From assembly GCA_963737655.1 (NCBI GenBank), contig CAVTTN010000002.1, positions 6,944,001 to 7,008,000 of the forward strand: a stretch of DNA of 64,000 nt, read 5' to 3'. Numbering within the stretch: the stretch's first letter is position 1; every line of letters begins with the position of its first letter. The translations under genes were made by a program, and so were the position numbers. The stretch is from an uncultured Planctomycetota bacterium. GTDB taxonomy: Bacteria; Planctomycetota; Planctomycetia; Isosphaerales; Isosphaeraceae. This document shows, piece by piece, positions 58,669 through 64,000 of this stretch. Below the pieces are notes generated by a model. It was not told the origin of the DNA. It did not search any database and worked only from the letters and a program-made list of their open reading frames with translations.

Positions 58669-61081
58669 TCAGTGGGGGGCGGCGTCGGCCGGGGCCGGCG
58701 GCCCGTTCATGTCCTCGAGCGCCTGGGTATCGACCTCGATCCTCCGGAGGACCATCTGGCGATAGGGGCCGATCTTTTCCGGATGGTCGGATCGGGCCAG
58801 GGCCTTGTCCAGGAGGTCTCGGGCCTGGGTGTAGCGGAGGAGGGCCTCGGGGTAATTCTCGGCATGGGAGTAATGGTCGGCGAATCCCAGGGCCACGATC
58901 GCGGCGGTGAAGTCCTGGGTCGATTGCTGCAAGTCGTCGCGGATCAGGATCAGCCGATCGGCCTCGTTCAGCCGATCCTCGGCCTCTCGGAGGGAGGCCA
59001 GGGCGCGATCGAGGGCCGGCGGGCAGACTTCGCGGTCCTGATGCGCGAGGTTCTCGAGAATCACGGCGAGCCGGCGGTCATACGAGGCGCGATCGCGGGC
59101 CGGGAGTTCGTCGACGGTGAGGCGGAGGGCCCGTCTCAGGGCGCGACGGGCCCGGACGCGGTCCCGGGCGCTCTCGGCGGCAAGCGCCATTCCCGAGAGG
59201 GCCGAATGGAGAGTCGGCAGCCGATCGACGGCCGTCTGATACGATTGATAGGCTTCCTCCCACCGCTTCATCTTCAGGAGGGCGGCCCCCTGGTGGTGAT
59301 AGAGGAGGGCCAGGTCGGAGGCCGGGACGCGGTCTCCGGCGTCCTGGGCGAGGCGGATCGCCCGGCGGACCTGTTCCAGAGCCTCGACGAAGTTGCCTTC
59401 GAGGTCCGCGACGGTGGAAAGGCCCCAGTAAGCTTTATAAGAAGATGGGTCGAGCGCCAGGGCGCCGAGGTAGGCATCCCGGGCCTTGCGGTAATCGGGG
59501 TCCTTGCGGTGGATGGCGTCGTTGCCTCGGAGGACCAGGGCGCGGGCGTCTTCCGAGCCGGCCCAGGCGGCGAGGCCGGCGAGCAGGGCGACTCCCAGGA
59601 CCAGCAAGGCCAGGGAGGCCCTCCGCCGCCTCGCCCAGTTGACCGCGGCCTCGCGCCTCGACGGATTCACGGCGAACCTCAGGGGCAAGTGTTCGACGAA
59701 ACGGCGGAGGTCCTCGGCCAGGCTCCAGGCGTCGGGGTAGCGATCCTCGGGCCGGGTGGCCAGGCATTTCTGGAGGATCGCTTCCAGGGCGTGGGGCACG
59801 TCGGGCCGGAGGGCCCGGGCCGAGGGGATGGCGGACTCGCGACGGTCCCGGAGACTCGCGGATGGCGCGGGGCAAGGGGATGGCGGGGTCGGGCGCCTCG
59901 GGTCGCCGGCCGGTCAGGAGTTCGCGGAGGAGGAGGCCCAGGGCGAACAGGTCGGCCGACTCGCGGACGTCGATCCATCGCGAGGGTTCGAGAAACGCCT
60001 CCAGTTGCTCGGGGGCCATGTAGGGCAGGGTGCCCCCGCGGAGGGCGGCCTCGGCCCGGTCGGCGGCGACGGGGGAGTCGGCCAGGTTGAAGTCCAGCAA
60101 CTGCGGCCCCTCGCGGACCGTCAGCAGGACGTTGGCCGGCTTGATGTCGCGGTGCAGGACGGCCTGCGAATGGGCATAGGCCAGGGCCCGGGCGATCACG
60201 GCGACGATCCAGGCGACGCCCTGGGCGTAGGTCCCGCCCTGGGGAAAGCCTCGCCAGCCGGGCGGTTCGGGCCCGTCCGCCGGGCCGTTGGTCGCGTCCT
60301 CGACCAGGGCCGCGCGAAGGACCGAGGCCCGCCGCGGGCGGCTCGACGGATCGACCCGGCGGATCACCTCGTCCAGGGACAGCCCGGCCCGGTAGGGCAT
60401 GCACAGGCCCCTCAAGCCGGTCTCCGCGTCGTCGGTGACCGAGAGGACCGGCACGATGTGCTCGTGGTCCAGCCTCGCCTGGATGGCCGGTTCCTTGCCG
60501 CGGTCGCTGGAGACCTTCAGCGCGACCTGGCGATCGCCGAGCGACTCGTCGAGGGCGAGGAAGACGCGGGCCGACCCCCCTCGGCCGAGGATCGAGCGGA
60601 GGTGGAAGCGGTGGAAGTGCTCGCCCGGATTGGGGAATCGGGGCGCCTCGGGCACCCGGCCGATGGCCTGGCTGAGCACCAGGTGGTAGCGGAGCTGCGA
60701 TTCGAGAGAATCGCGCCAGGGGTCGTACCGGGCGCAGAACTCCTCGGGGTCGGGGGCCTGGCCGGCGTCCTCGCGGAGGCAGAATTCCTCGTAGACCAGG
60801 CTGACGACCCGGTCCTTGGAGGCCCGGAGCGCGGCGAACTCGGCGAGGTATTCGGCGACCGAGGCGCGCTGCCCCAGGGCGAACCGTCGGCGGAGGTCGG
60901 CCTTGATCAGGGCGGCGAGGACTTCGACGTCCTTCTCGGGAGAGATCCTGGCCCAGGCGGCGTCCAGGGCGGGTTCGGCTCCGTCCTCCCAGAGGGCCGC
61001 CACGGCCGCGACGGCCGCTTCGAGGGAGTCGCCCGAGCTCCGCCGGGACAACCAGGCCGGAGCGGCCGGGGGCGTCGTCAT
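58669..61081 (-). CDS. Hanks-type Ser/Thr protein kinase with TM and C-terminal TPRs; split by an indel near 59853
   Basis: LGRGGSARV, VALK, HRDIKPAN, LDFN, GTLPYMAPEQ and DLFALG; the next frame has KCLATRPEDRY, a TM helix and TPRs. Confidence 0.9.
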
Positions 61082-61689
61082 GGCCGGCCCTCCGCGGCGG
61101 CGGACTTCCAGGACTCGCCCAGGTCCTTGAGGAACCTCTGGACCTTGCGGACGTGCCAGCCGATGCGCTCGGCGATCTCGTCGTTGGAGTAGCCCTGGCC
61201 CTTGAGCTCGATGACCAGGCGCTCGTCGTCGGCCTGGCCCGACAGCAATCGCTCCCGGGCCTCGCTCGCCTGGGCGAACTGGCTGGGCGTCGGATCGGCC
61301 GAGGCGAGCTCCGCGGACCGCCCTCCGGGACCCTGCGCGGCCTCGAGCCGGCGGTCTCGGGTCAGGTCATTCTTGAGTGCGTGATGGTGCCTGTGCTTGT
61401 CGATGACCTTGCGCTCGGCCGACTTGATCAGGAACGCCTGGAGTTCGGCCAGAGTCGGGAAGTCGAATCGCTCGGGCTTCTCGGCCAGGCTGGTCCAGAC
61501 GTCGCCGAGGAAGTCCGACGAGTCGTAGAGCGAACGCATGGCCGGCGAGTTGAGCCGTCGACGGATCACTCGCATGACCTTGGGATAGCACGCCTCGTAC
61601 AGGTTCCGCCAGGCCGCTTCATCGCCGGAGCGGGCGCGGGCGAACAGACCGTCGAGGCCGTCGGACGCCGAATCCGTCGGCCGACTCAT
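61078..61689 (-). CDS. ECF-type RNA polymerase sigma factor (kinase-associated)
   Basis: ARSGDEAAW, DSSDF, DPTPSQ, GYSNDEIAERIG; the stop overlaps the kinase start (ATGA). Confidence 0.88.
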   Translation of the reverse strand: MSRPTDSASDGLDGLFARARSGDEAAWRNLYEACYPKVMRVIRRRLNSPAMRSLYDSSDFLGDVWTSLAEKPERFDFPTLAELQAFLIKSAERKVIDKHRHHHALKNDLTRDRRLEAAQGPGGRSAELASADPTPSQFAQASEARERLLSGQADDERLVIELKGQGYSNDEIAERIGWHVRKVQRFLKDLGESWKSAAAEGRP

Positions 61690-62068
61690 GCCTGATGTCC
61701 TCCCCGGAGCCTCGGAGAGGCGTCCATCGTCGCACCGAGGGACCGCTCAGCCAACGGCCGGACGCGACCGGACCGCCTCACCGTCCCCTATTGTATCGAC
61801 TCCGGCGGAGGGAGAAAGCATGCTCTTTCAATAAACCGAAAAATCCGAGACCCGACGAGCCCGCCGTGGCTAAAAAGTCAGCCGGAACGACCGGAATGCC
61901 CGCGTCGGTCGTCGTCGATGGCGGACGAACTCCCCGCCAGGCTGGGGGAATCGCCGACAAATCGGGGCCGTCCCGGTCCCCGCGAGCTTGGCTTGGTTAG
62001 GCGCGTCAAGAAAAAGCTCTGGCACCGAAACGCTTACTTAAAAAAGCGACAACCGGATCGCGAGGAGT

Positions 62069-62278
62069 TCAGAGCGATTCCACCGGCGGAGAGATGTCCG
62101 TGGCGTCGGTCGGCTGGAGCAGGAGGGTCGTCGGCGAGGTGATCTGGGTGCAGGAGGAATCGGTGCTGGTATCCACCATGCTCTGGGTGACGTCCAGGGA
62201 GGGCCAGCTGGTCGGGGAGATCCGCAGGGTGAGGACATCCAGGGTGGGGCGGAAGCGGCGGTCGCGGCGCGCGAGCAT
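62069..62278 (-). CDS. 69-aa Ser/Thr-rich small protein with LEPR-XLL-like N-terminal motif
   Basis: GGAGG RBS upstream of the ATG; MLARRDRRFRPTLDVLTLRISPT. Confidence 0.6.
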   Translation of the reverse strand: MLARRDRRFRPTLDVLTLRISPTSWPSLDVTQSMVDTSTDSSCTQITSPTTLLLQPTDATDISPPVESL

Positions 62279-62364
62279 CGGGCATCCTCCGTCGAAGGCG
62301 AGGGGGAGTGTAAACGCGGGATGAACGAGGAGGTAAGGGTCGGGACTGGGGGGAGCCCCCAGAA

Positions 62365-63045
62365 TCAATTCAAGCTGAAGGGGCGGCGCGGGGCCACGGG
62401 AACGAGGCCCGGCAGCAGGGACGAGACCGGATAGGCGTCCTCGGGGATGAGGCCGAGGGTCGCCGGGCGATACAGGGGGCAGGCGCTGTGCTGAGCGGCG
62501 GCCTCGTTCCTCAGGCGGTCGGCCAGGTCGAGCCGGCCGATCCGAACGGCCGTCAGATACCGGGCCAGGGAGGTCCGGGATCGCGACGGGGTCATCAGGA
62601 CGACCTCGGGCGACTCGCCTCGATCCAGGGAGGCCTCGCCCCGGCGGATCTCCTCGCGGATTTCGCGGCGGAGGCCGCGGATCATGGCTCGGACCCGCGA
62701 GAGGTAGCGGGATCGGGCCGACGGGCCGGTCAGCTCGGTCCAGGGATCGGTGCCGGTCCCCGGCTCGACCAGGCTCGCCACGAACAGTTCGGGGTCCACC
62801 GGCACCCTCGAGTCGATCCGATGCGCCTCGGCCAGGACCGAGGCCGCCGCCGACCATACCCGCCCGTCCACGAAACCTTGAGGCGACGAGGGCCTGCGGG
62901 CCAGGTAGGCCCGTTCGATCCGGGCGGCCGCGTGTTCCAGGGTTCGGGCGGTATTTTGAGTCACGGGGACCTCGGTCTGCGATCGGCGGGGGGACGGGCT
63001 GACCACCGGCGGCATCGTCGGAGGGCTTTGAAGGCCGCCCTTCAT
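62365..63045 (-). CDS. Hypothetical protein
   Basis: Globular 226-aa ORF (WSAAASVL...[10 protein letters not shown]...HSACPLYR) with GC3-biased codons; start uncertain. Confidence 0.65.
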   Translation of the reverse strand: MKGGLQSPPTMPPVVSPSPRRSQTEVPVTQNTARTLEHAAARIERAYLARRPSSPQGFVDGRVWSAAASVLAEAHRIDSRVPVDPELFVASLVEPGTGTDPWTELTGPSARSRYLSRVRAMIRGLRREIREEIRRGEASLDRGESPEVVLMTPSRSRTSLARYLTAVRIGRLDLADRLRNEAAAQHSACPLYRPATLGLIPEDAYPVSSLLPGLVPVAPRRPFSLN

Positions 63046-63238
63046 CCGCTCCGGCCCTGGAACCGAAATCCCCGCGACGCCGCGACACGGAATTTCCCGG
63101 GCCGTCGCGATTTTCTCCGAAGGGCGATCTCGGCCTGGACCCGAGCGCCCGACGTATGTATGTTATAAGGCCACCGCACCGGAACCCCCGGGGCCGTCGA
63201 TCCATGTCGTCCGACCTCTTTTCTCGGGAATCCCTCTC

Positions 63239-63508
63239 ATGCCCGAGCGGTTCCACTGGCCCTCGGTCAAGTCCGCCCTGGCCACCCGGGTCTGCCTGGT
63301 CCGCGAGGAGCTTTACGGAGTCCACGGCGGACCCTTGCTGGCGAATGCCCTGAAAGTCCCGTTTCGATCCTGGCTCGCGTATGAATCCGGCGTGACGATC
63401 CCGGCGCTGATCATCCTCCGATTCCTGGAAGTGACCCACGCTCATCCTCACTGGCTCCTGACCGGCGAGGGGGACCGCTACCGGACCCACGGCGAAGGCG
63501 CCGCCTGA
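63239..63508 (+). CDS. Small XRE/Cro-like HTH protein
   Basis: [26 protein letters not shown]...WLLTGEG matches the XRE pattern (YExG, WLLTGEG). Confidence 0.75.
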   Translation: MPERFHWPSVKSALATRVCLVREELYGVHGGPLLANALKVPFRSWLAYESGVTIPALIILRFLEVTHAHPHWLLTGEGDRYRTHGEGAA

Positions 63509-63524
63509 CCCCCTACGGCCCCCC

Positions 63525-64000
63525 ATGCCACGACGCCGACCCGGTCCCGGCGAGCCGTTTTCCAAACTGCTGGATCGCCTCGTCCGCGAGGCCCTCCGGG
63601 GCGGAGGGCCCGTTCGCCTCGACGCCCCTCGGCTCGCCCTCCTCGCCGGGGCGGCCCTCCTGATCCTCCTGGCCGCCTGGCTGTCCCGCCCTCGTGACAT
63701 CCGGCCGCCCGTCACTCGGCCGAACCCGGGCCCATCCGCCTCGAGCCCGGCATCCTCCGCTGGTTTCCTCGTCTGCTCATGGAACGTCGAAAATTTCTTC
63801 GACGACGTGGACGATCCGAAGAACCACGATGAGGATGAAGATTGGTTCGGCCGCGATCCCTCCGCGTTCCGCCAAAAAGTCGCGGTCCTGGCCGATTCCC
63901 TGCTCCTCCAGAATGACGGACTGGGACCCGACGTCCTGGCGATGGTCGAGGTCGAGAGCCTCCGGTGCGTCGAGGCGCTCCGCGACGCCCTGAATGCCCG
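63525..64000 (+). CDS. Endonuclease/exonuclease/phosphatase-family protein, membrane-anchored, 3'-partial
   Basis: Translated by hand because it is absent from the ORF track (no stop in the window): MPRRRPG..., a TM segment, FLVCSWNVENFFD, PDVLAMVEVES. Confidence 0.85.
   Translation, partial: MPRRRPGPGEPFSKLLDRLVREALRGGGPVRLDAPRLALLAGAALLILLAAWLSRPRDIRPPVTRPNPGPSASSPASSAGFLVCSWNVENFFDDVDDPKNHDEDEDWFGRDPSAFRQKVAVLADSLLLQNDGLGPDVLAMVEVESLRCVEALRDALNA

Overview
A high-GC, gene-dense bacterial chromosome segment with strong Planctomycetota hallmarks: DUF1501/DUF1553 pairs, a PVC-type heme-binding CxxCH protein, an FG-GAP/ASPIC-UnbV protein, an ECF sigma/Ser-Thr kinase pair and a LEPR-XLL-like peptide. 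It is probably Isosphaerales-like, which is inference. It holds about 50 CDS and one tRNA-Leu(CAA). Housekeeping genes include mutS, nfo, ppk1, sppA and a xerC/D recombinase. Other loci are a bacteriophytochrome signalling operon, a glycosyltransferase/DUF362 cluster, two tandem secreted Ppx/GppA-like proteins, and a CarH/LitR-like regulator with Tyr in place of the cobalamin-ligating His, followed by a sigma-70 factor. Non-coding features include GTAG-type REP palindromes whose GTAG overlaps the TAG stop codon of six genes, a ~205-bp long-inverted-repeat element built from 9-bp units, and exact 19-bp direct repeats upstream of the CarH-like gene. Twelve genes are split by small indels, mostly in homopolymer runs; these look like long-read sequencing errors rather than pseudogenes. 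No CRISPR array, rRNA, transposase or prophage was found. All family calls come from reading motifs by eye; no database searches were run.
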